A stretch of 64,000 bases of DNA, from positions 3,104,001 to 3,168,000 of the forward strand of contig CBDDIJ010000003.1 in the NCBI GenBank assembly GCA_965228855.1. Direction: 5' to 3'. Shown here in pieces: positions 41,291 through 51,569 of this stretch. This DNA is from Candidatus Obscuribacterales bacterium (GTDB taxonomy: Bacteria; Cyanobacteriota; Vampirovibrionia; Obscuribacterales; Obscuribacteraceae). Under the pieces are notes generated by a model. It worked only from the letters and a program-made list of their open reading frames with translations. It ran no database searches and was not told the DNA's origin. Position 1 is the stretch's first letter. The number at the start of each line of letters is the position of its first letter. The position numbers and the translations under genes are program-made.

Positions 41291-43732
41291 GTGAAAAATT
41301 ATCCTCAACTGTGGCCGACGCCCCAGGACTACAACGAGACAATTCAAAATCCACATATTTGCTTTGAAGACAGCGATCTGCGAACCGGCAAAGTCGAGAC
41401 CACGCCGATAGGTCTACCGCGTTCAGCAAGTGGAACGTTTGCCAGTGTCTACAAAATCAAATCACCAGGCGGAGTCTGGGCCGTGCGATGCTTTCTTTCT
41501 AATAGGACAGACCAGGAGGAACGCTACAAGCACATCAGTGAATTCGTCCTGTTCGACAAACTCGACTGCACTGTTGCATTCCACTATCTGCCGAAGGGAA
41601 TCAAGATCGGAACAACCTGGTATCCAATCGTGAAGATGCCGTGGATTGAGGGACCCACTCTCGAAAATTACCTCTTCAGCATTTACAGGGACAAGGAAAA
41701 ACTGAGTGCGCTTGCCAGGGATTTCTACAACCTGACTGTTCAACTGGAAAACGCTGGTATTGCCCACGGTGACCTCCAGCATGGCAATATCATTGTCAGT
41801 CCTGACGGTTTGCGTCTGGTCGACTACGACGCCTTTTTCGTTCCAAAGCTCTTAGGCAAGCGCAATCTCGAATACGGACATCCAAACTATCAACATCCGC
41901 TTCGCGATGACTTTCACTTTGATGTCAGCGTTGATAACTTTTCCTCGTGGCTAATTCACCTTTCATTGACTGCCCTTATGCACGATCAGGCGCTGTTCAC
42001 CGAATTTGGTGGCGGCGATGATTGCATTCTGTTTAAACGCGCAGATTTGATTGAACCGGAAAGTTCGGAACTGTTTATAAAACTCGATTCGCATCGTTCG
42101 TCCGAAATCCGAAATTTGTCACAACGGCTAAAGGGCATGTTATGGGTGCTACCACATCTGGTGCCGCCTCTCGATGCTTCGGAGGAAGAGCTAGCGCATT
42201 TGCCTATGGAGAAACCGGCATCCTGGGCATTGTCGATGCCGACCCAAGACTTCACCCTGGAGGACAACTCAGCCGCAATTTCAAGCGCAAGCACCGTGAG
42301 CAAGCAGAGAAGGGCAAGCTTGAAACCTAAATTCAGGGGACTAAAGCAGCTTGCCGAAAGTGCTTTCCACAATGTAACTAAACAAGCATCGCCGCGCTAC
42401 TTCATTACACTGCGCACGCTGGACGGACGAGACCATCTGAACAAAGGACGGTACAACGAAGCGCTCAAGTGTTTTTCACAGGCGCGAGATCTGCACGCAA
42501 CCGTCTTTCCAGCGGAGCAAGAGCAAAGCATGGCTCTCCTTTTAAGATTAGCGTTATGTTCAAATTATCTCGACACACGCTCTAATAACTATTGCTTACT
42601 GGCCGCGCAAACAGCAAAAGAGTATGCCCGCGAGCAAGAAGAAAATCTCGAAATTCACACCAAAGGCTCGAAATTGAAATTGCGATTACAAGCCAACGCA
42701 GACTTAGACCACGAAGCGTACACCATGCGGTTGTTGGCGAAATTTTACAAGTCTCTATCCGACTTTCTGTATTACACGAGTCGTAGAAATTCGAATCAAG
42801 AGTTCACGATGTCGAAGATGTTTATTGCACTGATGGAAAATTGCGTCGATACGATTAATAAACCTGAGATAAACATCGTCATGCTTCCCTTGATGCAATT
42901 TGTCTTGTCTCTGATCGAAACAGAAAGATTTATCGACTCACAATCCTCGTTAGCTGACGCATCCCGAAAGATGCTCTGGTACAGTGGATTATGGCACGTA
43001 TCGAATTCCTGGAGTAAAAAACAGGTCGATTACGAGGCGTACTGGTCAATCCAGTGTCACCTGATGCGGGCGCTCGCAACAAGATCGGGAGAAACGTCCT
43101 TAATTCTCAGAGCAGAAATCCTATCGCGCGTCGACGGCTGCATCCACAAGGCGGACTTGGCTTTCATAGAATTATGCAATTCAAACAGGGAAGCCTTCAA
43201 AACCGCCTTGCTCCAATGCTGCAAACAGATGAAACCCGATGATGCGCTCGGCGGGTTGACGTTTTCACTAAGCGTTTTGAAAAAGAAAGATCCAGTCAAA
43301 TACGATGAAATTGTTCTCTGGTTGTGGGACGAGGTGGTATCGACTAAGCCGGTGACACCTGTCGTGCAGATTCATTGGCTAAATCAATTCGACAAGAAAA
43401 TAATTGAGAAGTGTCTTAACGATGAGGCAAAAGAAGCGATTATCGACACCTTAAAGTCGAACGTCAGAGCTTTCAACTATAATTACTTCAATGAGTTAGT
43501 GAACCTGGTCAGAAAGATCGATCGCGACCATCACTCTTTCACTCATAGACTCGTTAGCACTCTGGCGCAGCAAACGAGAATCGACGCGCTGGAACTAACA
43601 GAGGAGCAAATCGAATCAATCAAGATTTTCGTCAGACGATACGCCAGTGATGACAGCGACTTGCAGTTCTTCGCGGCGACCTTCAAGAAATCGCATCCAA
43701 ACGTCCGACGAATTCGCGGAGAGAAACCCTGA
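41291..43732 (+). CDS. Atypical protein kinase (HGDLQHGN type) with helical C-terminal region
   Basis: SGTFASVY, WAVRCF, HGDLQHGN, LVDYD, GHPNYQHP. Confidence 0.85.
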   Translation: MKNYPQLWPTPQDYNETIQNPHICFEDSDLRTGKVETTPIGLPRSASGTFASVYKIKSPGGVWAVRCFLSNRTDQEERYKHISEFVLFDKLDCTVAFHYLPKGIKIGTTWYPIVKMPWIEGPTLENYLFSIYRDKEKLSALARDFYNLTVQLENAGIAHGDLQHGNIIVSPDGLRLVDYDAFFVPKLLGKRNLEYGHPNYQHPLRDDFHFDVSVDNFSSWLIHLSLTALMHDQALFTEFGGGDDCILFKRADLIEPESSELFIKLDSHRSSEIRNLSQRLKGMLWVLPHLVPPLDASEEELAHLPMEKPASWALSMPTQDFTLEDNSAAISSASTVSKQRRASLKPKFRGLKQLAESAFHNVTKQASPRYFITLRTLDGRDHLNKGRYNEALKCFSQARDLHATVFPAEQEQSMALLLRLALCSNYLDTRSNNYCLLAAQTAKEYAREQEENLEIHTKGSKLKLRLQANADLDHEAYTMRLLAKFYKSLSDFLYYTSRRNSNQEFTMSKMFIALMENCVDTINKPEINIVMLPLMQFVLSLIETERFIDSQSSLADASRKMLWYSGLWHVSNSWSKKQVDYEAYWSIQCHLMRALATRSGETSLILRAEILSRVDGCIHKADLAFIELCNSNREAFKTALLQCCKQMKPDDALGGLTFSLSVLKKKDPVKYDEIVLWLWDEVVSTKPVTPVVQIHWLNQFDKKIIEKCLNDEAKEAIIDTLKSNVRAFNYNYFNELVNLVRKIDRDHHSFTHRLVSTLAQQTRIDALELTEEQIESIKIFVRRYASDDSDLQFFAATFKKSHPNVRRIRGEKP

Positions 43733-43733
43733 A

Positions 43734-46145
43734 ATGTGGCCGACACCGCAAGACTATAACGAAGCCATTCAAAGTCCGAAGCTCTGTTTCGCCGACGAAG
43801 ACTTGAAGAACGGAAGAGTCGAGACAAACGCGATTGGTCTGCCTAAAGCAGCGAGTGGGACTTTTGCAAGCGTTTATAAGCTCGTCACGCCTGGTCGAGC
43901 GTGGGCTGTGCGATGCTTTCTGACTTTCCGAACGGAGCAGAAAGAACGCTATCTGAGTATCAGTAAATTCGTGCAGTTCGACAACCTGGATTGCACGGTC
44001 GCTTTCGATTTCATAGAGCAAGGAATCAAAGTTTCCGGTCAATGGTATCCGATAGTGAAGATGCCATGGATTGACGGGCCCACGATGGACACATATGTGG
44101 CAAAAAATTATCGAGACGGCGCAAAAATGCTGGCTCTTCGAAATGCCTTTTACGAGCTCAGTATGTCTCTTGAAACAGCTGGTATCGCACATGGTGACTT
44201 ACAACACGGCAATGTAATTGTAAATGCCGAAGGTCTGCGGCTTGTAGACTATGATGCATTCTACGTCCCGGAGCTTAATGGTCAGCTGAGTTTAGAGTTT
44301 GGGCATCCCAACTATCAGCATCCAATGCGAGACGATTACTACTTTGACGTTAGCGTGGACAATTTCTCGTCGTGGCTGATTTACGCTTCATTGACAGCTC
44401 TTTGTTATGACCCTGGTTTATTCGAACAGTTTGACGGGGCGGATGATTGCATACTCTTCAAAAGAGCTGATTTACTTCGCCCGGAATGCTCCAACCTTTT
44501 CGCGACATTGCTTTCGCACGAATCGCAGCACGTAAGAGAATCCGCGACAGTTCTTCAGCGGATGCTATGGCTACCACCACATCTGGTTCCCGCTTTGAAT
44601 GCGACGAAAGAGGAACTTGCCAATCTGCCTACTGAAAAGCCTGATTCCTGGGACCTATACAGGGATCTACAAAATGACAATCGCCAACTGCAAGAGGAGA
44701 TTCGCCAAGATTCTTCTCAGACAGAAGATCTCAGTTACGTTCAACAGCGCAAGGGCGCAAAGAAGCCGCAAAAACAGACAGCAAAGGAAAAAGCGAAGTC
44801 GGTTTTTCACAAGGTTATTCGTTCTGCAACGCCTTCGATTTGGGCGTCAATGCAAACGAACCTTGGTGAGAAGCACTTCCAAAACTGCGAGTATGAAGAA
44901 TCCTTGGCCTGCTTCCTTTCCGTCCGCGAGGCCCAGACGACAAAGTATAAACGCGAGCGAGTTCTGGAGCTTCTTAATTTGTTGAAGTTAGCAGCCTGTT
45001 CGGTTTACGTCCATCCTAAAAATCAGACAGATAACTACTGCCTGCTGGCAGCTCAAGTTGCCGGCGCCCAAGCAAAACGATTCGAGGCGGTGGAAGTGTA
45101 CGGAGGCGTAACCGGTCTTCAGGAGATGTACAGACTACTATGCGAGCTTCTCACTGCCATATCTCGCAGAGGCAGTGAAAAGGATCCAGAGGTTCTGCGT
45201 GCGCTCTTAAAACTAATCGAGTTCAGCAACATGATCTTAAGCGCCAATGATTCGCAGAAGGTCATGGTCTCGCTGTCAGAGCTTATTGTAGCGCTATTCA
45301 ACAATTCTCGAATTCAAACTACCCCGGACGATATGAGAAATTGCGCCGCTCAGTCTTTGCGGTATGCGGGCAGTTGGGCGAAAATCTATGGTGCCTTCGA
45401 ATTGGAAGGAAATTACAGCAAGCCGTGGAAAAATTTATGCAAACTCACAGAGACCCTCACAGAGCACGCGGCTGACCCGGTTTTAGCAATCGAACAGATT
45501 CTGGTGGCACGCGCCTGCCAGAACATCGAGAGCGTGAATACCGACCTTCTCTACAAGGGATTGAGCGACGAAGACTCTTTCCAGCAGGCACTGTTGAACG
45601 CAATCGATATTCTCGGAGTTGAACTTGCGATGCAGTGTTTCAATGCTCCAATTCAAAAGATATCTGACGATGACCTAGCGCATGCTTCTGACATCGTTTT
45701 CTGGCTCTGGACAAAGGCGGTGCTTGACGAGCAAGCTTTCGAGATCGCACCAAGAATCGCCTGGCTGAAAAACTTCAAGGATGATATTCGCGCTCGCTGC
45801 CTGGATCCTGAATCTATCGAACTAATCTGTCGCAGAATAGAAACCGACTTTGCTAGCGTTCGATTCGTAGCCCTGACCTCGGCAACTCTGCGCGCCCTCA
45901 GCGAGCTCGGGGTCGCCGCAACCGACTGCCGAGAAGCAGCTCTAGCAAAAATGATCGAACTGGCAAAAGCGAACGCACCGCGGCTAAATGTTCTCGAAAT
46001 GTTTAGCGTCAAACGCATAATTAGAGACAATGCTGTCTTCGAGTCTCCGGCGTGGCACTTCGGCGACACATTTCACAACCAGGTCAACCTGGAAGAAAAT
46101 ACGCTTTCGTCCCTGCACAGCGGGTTGCTTCCAAACGGCGACTAA
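43734..46145 (+). CDS. Atypical protein kinase, tandem paralog of 41291..43732
   Basis: Same motifs; starts MWPTPQDY 1 nt after the upstream TGA. Confidence 0.85.
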   Translation: MWPTPQDYNEAIQSPKLCFADEDLKNGRVETNAIGLPKAASGTFASVYKLVTPGRAWAVRCFLTFRTEQKERYLSISKFVQFDNLDCTVAFDFIEQGIKVSGQWYPIVKMPWIDGPTMDTYVAKNYRDGAKMLALRNAFYELSMSLETAGIAHGDLQHGNVIVNAEGLRLVDYDAFYVPELNGQLSLEFGHPNYQHPMRDDYYFDVSVDNFSSWLIYASLTALCYDPGLFEQFDGADDCILFKRADLLRPECSNLFATLLSHESQHVRESATVLQRMLWLPPHLVPALNATKEELANLPTEKPDSWDLYRDLQNDNRQLQEEIRQDSSQTEDLSYVQQRKGAKKPQKQTAKEKAKSVFHKVIRSATPSIWASMQTNLGEKHFQNCEYEESLACFLSVREAQTTKYKRERVLELLNLLKLAACSVYVHPKNQTDNYCLLAAQVAGAQAKRFEAVEVYGGVTGLQEMYRLLCELLTAISRRGSEKDPEVLRALLKLIEFSNMILSANDSQKVMVSLSELIVALFNNSRIQTTPDDMRNCAAQSLRYAGSWAKIYGAFELEGNYSKPWKNLCKLTETLTEHAADPVLAIEQILVARACQNIESVNTDLLYKGLSDEDSFQQALLNAIDILGVELAMQCFNAPIQKISDDDLAHASDIVFWLWTKAVLDEQAFEIAPRIAWLKNFKDDIRARCLDPESIELICRRIETDFASVRFVALTSATLRALSELGVAATDCREAALAKMIELAKANAPRLNVLEMFSVKRIIRDNAVFESPAWHFGDTFHNQVNLEENTLSSLHSGLLPNGD

Positions 46146-48088
46146 AACGCCTCATCGCGAACAATTCTACCTAAAATTACTTCTTTCAGTTTCGGCATGT
46201 TTTCTTTCATGCGCGCCACTGCATCCGGTGACACATTGTTTTTCGTCAAATTGATGTTATTCAACTCACGCGAGCCATATAGACCGGGTAAGCCATCATC
46301 AGTGGTGCCGGTGCGATGCAGGTTCAACGAGTATAGATGTGGCACCTGTCCAATCTGAGCCAATTGCTCGACAGTCAGCCCGGTGTCAGGAAATTCTAGA
46401 AGCCTGCAAATTTTCGCATCTTTGATATTGGTCAACGCATCCGGTTCCAGCTTGCAATGCTTGAGTGACAGCCAACCCAGATTTACTCCGCGAACGATAT
46501 CAGTTACATCGGCTTCCGAAAGCGAAGTATTCAAAAGGACAATGGCAAGCAGTTGCTTCATGCGTCCCAGGACGTTGCCGACATTTTTATATTCGTAGCC
46601 ACACTCAAGTTCTATGTTGCGGATCGAAGTAGATTTCGCCAGTCCATCCAAAACTCCTTGAGGGATATTGTCGCATTTGAGAATCTGTAGATGATTGATG
46701 CTTTTGGTTTTACCAATTTGCTCCAACAAACTTGGTGTCAGTTTAGTGTTATACAGAACAATCTTTTCCATACCCAAACCAAGAATGTATTTGTAGCACT
46801 CATCGTCGACTTCCAACTGTTCAAACTGGAAGACCTTCATTTTCTTGTACGGCTCGACTGCTTGTTTAACCTGCTCCAAGTTCATTTCTCCGGATAGCAG
46901 GCAAGAATCAAAACGAGAGCTCTTATCTTTTATAAGGTGCGCACCAGCGTCATAAGTTGATTTTCCTTCGGTCATATCCAAAATCAGTTCTTCGTTTTCC
47001 GGCTTAGCTATTGCGTCTGAGACCGCGGAAAAGCCCTCCTGAACGTCATTTTTCGCCTGACTGTCCAGCCAGTTTTGATAAACGATCCAACCGCCAGTTC
47101 CCAGTATAAGCACAGTCCCAATGATAGACGCGAGCTTAGTATTTCTCTTCAGCCATTCATCAGCCAGACGTTTGCGCTCAGCAATGAACGCTCCTGAAGC
47201 ATAGATTCCAGAAGCGAAAATTCCCTCGGATGCACGCTTTCTCTCGGTCAGAGTCGTTTTCACTTTCTCTAGCGCTTTGATCAGCTCGTCCATATTTTGA
47301 AAACGATCGCTGGGATCTTTCTTGATGCACTTCGCGACAAAGGCTTCGACTTCTTCCTCGCACTCTTTGCCGGAAACCTCCGAGATCGTCGGAGCAAGCT
47401 TGTTTACATGCGCCATCATGACGTGAAATGGCATCTCACCGGTAAATGGAGGGCGTCCGGCGATCATCTCAAACAGCGTACATCCTAAGCTGTAGATATC
47501 AGAGCGCTCGTCCGTATGTTTACCGTAAACGGCTTCCGGACTCATGTACGGGGGAGAACCCATTGCAGCACCGGTTTTTGTTAACTCTTGCTCTTTGTCC
47601 GCATATTTAGCCAGACCGAAATCGACGAGTTTTACAGAATCATCTTTGCTCCGATCGCTAGACATCATAACGTTGCTCGGTTTGATATCACGGTGCAAAA
47701 CGCCCTTCATATGCGCATATCGAAGCCCTCGACAAATTCGCTCAAAAATCGGAAGAACGTCAAAGAAGGTTTGCGGTCCGCGCTTTTCAATCATGGTGTT
47801 CAAACTGTCGCCTTTGATCAAATCCATGACGAGGTAGAGCTGACCGTCATCCTTTCCCTGTCCAAAATGTTGGACGGTCATGATGTTGGGATGATTCAGC
47901 GCTCCCAGCGCAATTGCTTCAGCGTGAAAACGCTTGATCACGATGTCCGGTGTATTTGGGAAAAGCGATTTTATCGCAACGGCCTTGTTGTTGCGAAGAT
48001 CATGACCGCGGAAGACCATGCCCATTCCGCCCTGTCCAAGTTTTTTCTCTACTCGATATCGTCCTTCAATTACATCGCCTTCTTGCAT
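46142..48088 (-). CDS. Ser/Thr kinase-TM-leucine-rich-repeat protein
   Basis: GQGGMG, VAIK, HRDIKPSN, DFG, YMSPE; TM LASIIGTVLILGTGGWIVY; LRRs such as LYSLNLHRTGTTDDGL. Confidence 0.92.
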   Translation of the reverse strand: MQEGDVIEGRYRVEKKLGQGGMGMVFRGHDLRNNKAVAIKSLFPNTPDIVIKRFHAEAIALGALNHPNIMTVQHFGQGKDDGQLYLVMDLIKGDSLNTMIEKRGPQTFFDVLPIFERICRGLRYAHMKGVLHRDIKPSNVMMSSDRSKDDSVKLVDFGLAKYADKEQELTKTGAAMGSPPYMSPEAVYGKHTDERSDIYSLGCTLFEMIAGRPPFTGEMPFHVMMAHVNKLAPTISEVSGKECEEEVEAFVAKCIKKDPSDRFQNMDELIKALEKVKTTLTERKRASEGIFASGIYASGAFIAERKRLADEWLKRNTKLASIIGTVLILGTGGWIVYQNWLDSQAKNDVQEGFSAVSDAIAKPENEELILDMTEGKSTYDAGAHLIKDKSSRFDSCLLSGEMNLEQVKQAVEPYKKMKVFQFEQLEVDDECYKYILGLGMEKIVLYNTKLTPSLLEQIGKTKSINHLQILKCDNIPQGVLDGLAKSTSIRNIELECGYEYKNVGNVLGRMKQLLAIVLLNTSLSEADVTDIVRGVNLGWLSLKHCKLEPDALTNIKDAKICRLLEFPDTGLTVEQLAQIGQVPHLYSLNLHRTGTTDDGLPGLYGSRELNNINLTKNNVSPDAVARMKENMPKLKEVILGRIVRDEAF

Positions 48089-48218
48089 GCAATCAAGACT
48101 CCGGTTTCAAAATACGCAAACAGATTCTGCCCAGAATAAACAAGGTTGTCCGGTGTGTATTGATTGTAGCAGAAAGGAGGAAGGGCTCTTTGTCATACTA
48201 GACCTGGTTGAGAGGTCT

Positions 48219-48289
48219 GGAGTTCGGAGTTCGGAGTCCGGAGAGTTCGGAATTCGGAATTCGAGTTCGGAATTCGGAATTCGGAATTC
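48219..48289. repeat. Heptamer tandem repeat GGA(A/G)TTC, ~10 imperfect copies
   Basis: Read directly between the two kinase-LRR genes. Confidence 0.88.
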
Positions 48290-48358
48290 ATTTGGAGTGA
48301 AACGGTTAGCGTTTAGAATTCAGGGGCTCAAAGTCCAGCAGTTCAGATGATGATAAAT

Positions 48359-50419
48359 TCAGTACAGTTCCTTGAACGCCGGCGACGTGTCGCCGAAGGT
48401 AATCTCTGTGTCCGGACGAGATGCGCGCAGAACAGCAACTCCAGTTTCACTCACCTTTGTACCATTCAAGATCAAACGCTTGAGACTGCTGCAATGACGG
48501 AAATTGCGCAGGTCTTCGTCGGTGGTGTTGGTGCCGTGCAAATCAAGGAATGCAAGCATCGGCATCTGCGCTATCTCCGAAAAATGCCGCGGTTTCAAGT
48601 CGACATCGACAAGTGTCAAAGCCGTACAGCGCGATGCCAACTTGAGATCAGCAAATTCATCATCGGCAATTTCGCCGCCTATCAAGCCGAATATATTGAG
48701 ATGCAAACCGCTGGCCATCTCTCGAACGTCAGCGCGACTCAATTTGCAATCGTATAAAATTAGCAGCGACAGCGATTTGATTCTGGCAAGCGCCGCGCCT
48801 GGATGCGGGTAATTCTTTCCCGGTTCGAATTCGAGTCCCGTCAATTCTAAGGAGCTTATCTTTTCTGCTGAGCCTGCTTTATCCGTCGAACCGGCTCCGT
48901 TAAGTGAACCAGCCCCGCCTGCCGTGTCCGCTCTAACTGTCGAAACGGGTCTGTCAATCAATCCCGCCCCTCCTGTCGTGCCTAATCTTTCTATGAAACC
49001 AACAGGCAAATCACCTGTTTTGTAAAACCTGAGATTGTGAAGTTTAGGCATGCGGACAATAGCATCAAGTATGAACGGCTTGAGTTCCATCTCCGAAATT
49101 TGAAGGCACTCAATGCTCGGCAGGGCAAGAATATTTTTTATACAATCGTTGCTACAACTCAGTTCCGAAAGTTTAAACGACTTCATATCGCGGCGTTTAT
49201 CGACTGCGTTCATCAGCTCCTCATCAGGTATTCGACCGGCAATGAAACACGTTTTGTCAGCACAAAAAGAACTGTCAATAATGGATACGCCACCCTCGGT
49301 GGTATCAGTCTGCTCTAACATTCGCTGGCGTGTTTCAGGCTTTTCAACGGCCTGACCTAGCTGAATAAGAGCATCATCAAGCGGCACGACAGGCTCCGGC
49401 TCTTTCCATGACACGATTGCAAATACTGCCAGACCCACGCAACCGAGAATAACTACAGCCAGAACACTGCCGACACCTAGAATCTTGCGGTCAGCGCTAA
49501 ATACCTTATTCGCGAGGAAAGAGCCGGAAGCGTAGACACCAGAGGCGAGCGCGCCCAGCGACGTTTCCTTTTTACTTTGTAGAGCGGCTTTGACTTCGTT
49601 GAGACCCTTGATCAACGCATCCATGTTTTGAAAACGATCTTTCGGATCCTTTTTCATACACTTCTGAACAAACAACTCCACATCTTCATCAAACCGCTTG
49701 CCGCTCGCCTCCGCGAGTGTTGGTGGCAAGCGATGCAGATGAGCCATCATCGTATGCAGCGGATTGTCGCCGACAAGAGGCGGCACGCCGACCATCATTT
49801 CAAAAAACGTACAACCGAGACTGTAGATATCAGACCGCTCGTCCGAATCAATTCCACGAACCGCCTCAGGCGACATATATGGTGGAGAACCCATAGCAGT
49901 GCCAGTCTTCGTCAGCTCAAAATCCTTGTCTGCTACTTTTGCCAATCCAAAATCGACAAGCTTCACAGAGCCCTCTTGCGATTTGTCGTTAGACAACATC
50001 ACGTTGCTCGGTTTTATATCTCGATGCAACACTCCATTGTTGTGCGCATATCTCAGGCCTCGGCAGATCTTTTCAAATATCGGTAAGACGTCGTAGAACG
50101 TCTGCGGTCCCCGCTTTTCAATCATCGTTGCAAGTGACTCGCCTTTGATGAAATCCATCACGAGATAGAGTTGACCGTTTTCAGCTTGACCAAACTGATG
50201 CACCGTCAAAATATTCGGATGACTTAAGGCAGCCAGCGCAACCGCTTCAGCGTGAAACCGTTTAATCACCACATCTGGTGTATTCGGAAATAAAACTTTG
50301 ATCGCGACCGTCTTGTTGAGCAGCGTATCGAAACCACGATAGACCTGCCCCATACCGCCCTGACCGAGAAGCTTCTCGACACGGTAGCGTCCGTTTTCTA
50401 TCTGATCGCCTTCCTGCAT
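48359..50419 (-). CDS. Ser/Thr kinase-TM-leucine-rich-repeat protein, tandem paralog
   Basis: Canonical Hanks motifs; TM; LRRs such as LKRLILNGTKVSETGV. Confidence 0.92.
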   Translation of the reverse strand: MQEGDQIENGRYRVEKLLGQGGMGQVYRGFDTLLNKTVAIKVLFPNTPDVVIKRFHAEAVALAALSHPNILTVHQFGQAENGQLYLVMDFIKGESLATMIEKRGPQTFYDVLPIFEKICRGLRYAHNNGVLHRDIKPSNVMLSNDKSQEGSVKLVDFGLAKVADKDFELTKTGTAMGSPPYMSPEAVRGIDSDERSDIYSLGCTFFEMMVGVPPLVGDNPLHTMMAHLHRLPPTLAEASGKRFDEDVELFVQKCMKKDPKDRFQNMDALIKGLNEVKAALQSKKETSLGALASGVYASGSFLANKVFSADRKILGVGSVLAVVILGCVGLAVFAIVSWKEPEPVVPLDDALIQLGQAVEKPETRQRMLEQTDTTEGGVSIIDSSFCADKTCFIAGRIPDEELMNAVDKRRDMKSFKLSELSCSNDCIKNILALPSIECLQISEMELKPFILDAIVRMPKLHNLRFYKTGDLPVGFIERLGTTGGAGLIDRPVSTVRADTAGGAGSLNGAGSTDKAGSAEKISSLELTGLEFEPGKNYPHPGAALARIKSLSLLILYDCKLSRADVREMASGLHLNIFGLIGGEIADDEFADLKLASRCTALTLVDVDLKPRHFSEIAQMPMLAFLDLHGTNTTDEDLRNFRHCSSLKRLILNGTKVSETGVAVLRASRPDTEITFGDTSPAFKELY

Positions 50420-50510
50420 TGAGCGATTATATCTGTTAACGGATCACCAAAAACATGCACGAAGAAACGGCAGGCACATAACACCTACCGCAAAAGACTG
50501 TGAAAACTTA

Positions 50511-50891
50511 CTAGCGCCAGGAGCCGTCGCCCGAATCACGTATGGAGCCAGGAGCAGGAGCTGCTTTGCGCAAGTCTTCTGGTCCTTTGATTTTGCATCC
50601 GCAATCTGCGCAGAAGTGTTGTTCGCCAACGATTCTTGCACCCAGGCGGTGACCGTACAACGAGCACTGGTTCTTCATCGAGCCAGAAGTGAATGTGCAG
50701 TAGTGCATGATATTTCTGAAGACAGAACTGATGCGATGTCCGATTGGCCGCTCGGCAGAATCGGACGAAAGCACTTTCATTTTAAGCGTGCTTACCTGTT
50801 CTTTAGTCGGAGTTGTCGCATCCGGATGTTTCTTTGAAATGACTGAACGATCGATCATTGCCGATTTACTCCCATTTCGCATGTCATACAC
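50511..50891 (-). CDS. Small putative zinc-binding protein
   Basis: CSLYGH...HFCADCGC motif; start uncertain. Confidence 0.55.
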   Translation of the reverse strand: MYDMRNGSKSAMIDRSVISKKHPDATTPTKEQVSTLKMKVLSSDSAERPIGHRISSVFRNIMHYCTFTSGSMKNQCSLYGHRLGARIVGEQHFCADCGCKIKGPEDLRKAAPAPGSIRDSGDGSWR

Positions 50892-51440
50892 GCATCACTC
50901 AGAGCTGACAGCGATCAGCGCCCTGAGCGGTTCTCATGGTCCTCCGGACGCCCCTTCCACAGGACAAATCCAGCTTGAGATCGTGATATTCGCATTTTTT
51001 CTTTCAAAAGGCAATGATTAGAGCTTGTTTATCAACGTGAGCAAGATTCCCCAAAACGCAGCAGTAGTGAAGAAACAGAGCCAGAATGACATCCTGTAGC
51101 ACTCACCCATGACAACATCAAATTCCTCTTATGTCACACGTGAAGAAGCGCCTCGTGAAATGCACTCGAGGGCAAGAACCTTCAAATAACCGCTAGCATC
51201 TGTCGTATTGCTATCTTCCAGCAATACATGTCGCATGGTCCTCTTAGTGTTGCTTCTAGTATTTCTAGACAAGTCTCAAATGTACGGTAGAGTCAGCTTT
51301 TGGGAACTTTCGGGGCGATAAATGGACTCTCTTATCCCAAAATTCAAAGCAGTTTCCCGGTCAATTTCTGCGGTTTATGTCTATTGGCAGTAGACGAAGC
51401 CCTAAGGAGTATTTCGTATAGATGACGGCTCGGAACCATA

Positions 51441-51469
51441 AGGAAAAGGGCGACCGAAGCCGCCCTTTC
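51441..51469 (-). terminator. Intrinsic terminator of the korAB operon
   Basis: Minus strand reads gggcggc-ttcg-gtcgccc-tttt (UUCG tetraloop). Confidence 0.8.
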
Positions 51470-51569
51470 AAGATTTTTTCCCTCAGTCTTCGGGTCTCAC
51501 TCAAGCATGTTGGGGTTTCGACTCGGACTGGTCTGACCGCACCTGCATAAACGAAGTCCCGCGCGAGGA

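Noticed and set aside
41291..50419. Diversity-generating retroelement acting on the kinase paralogs
   Set aside because: No reverse transcriptase and no near-identical TR/VR pair with adenine-specific mismatches was seen.
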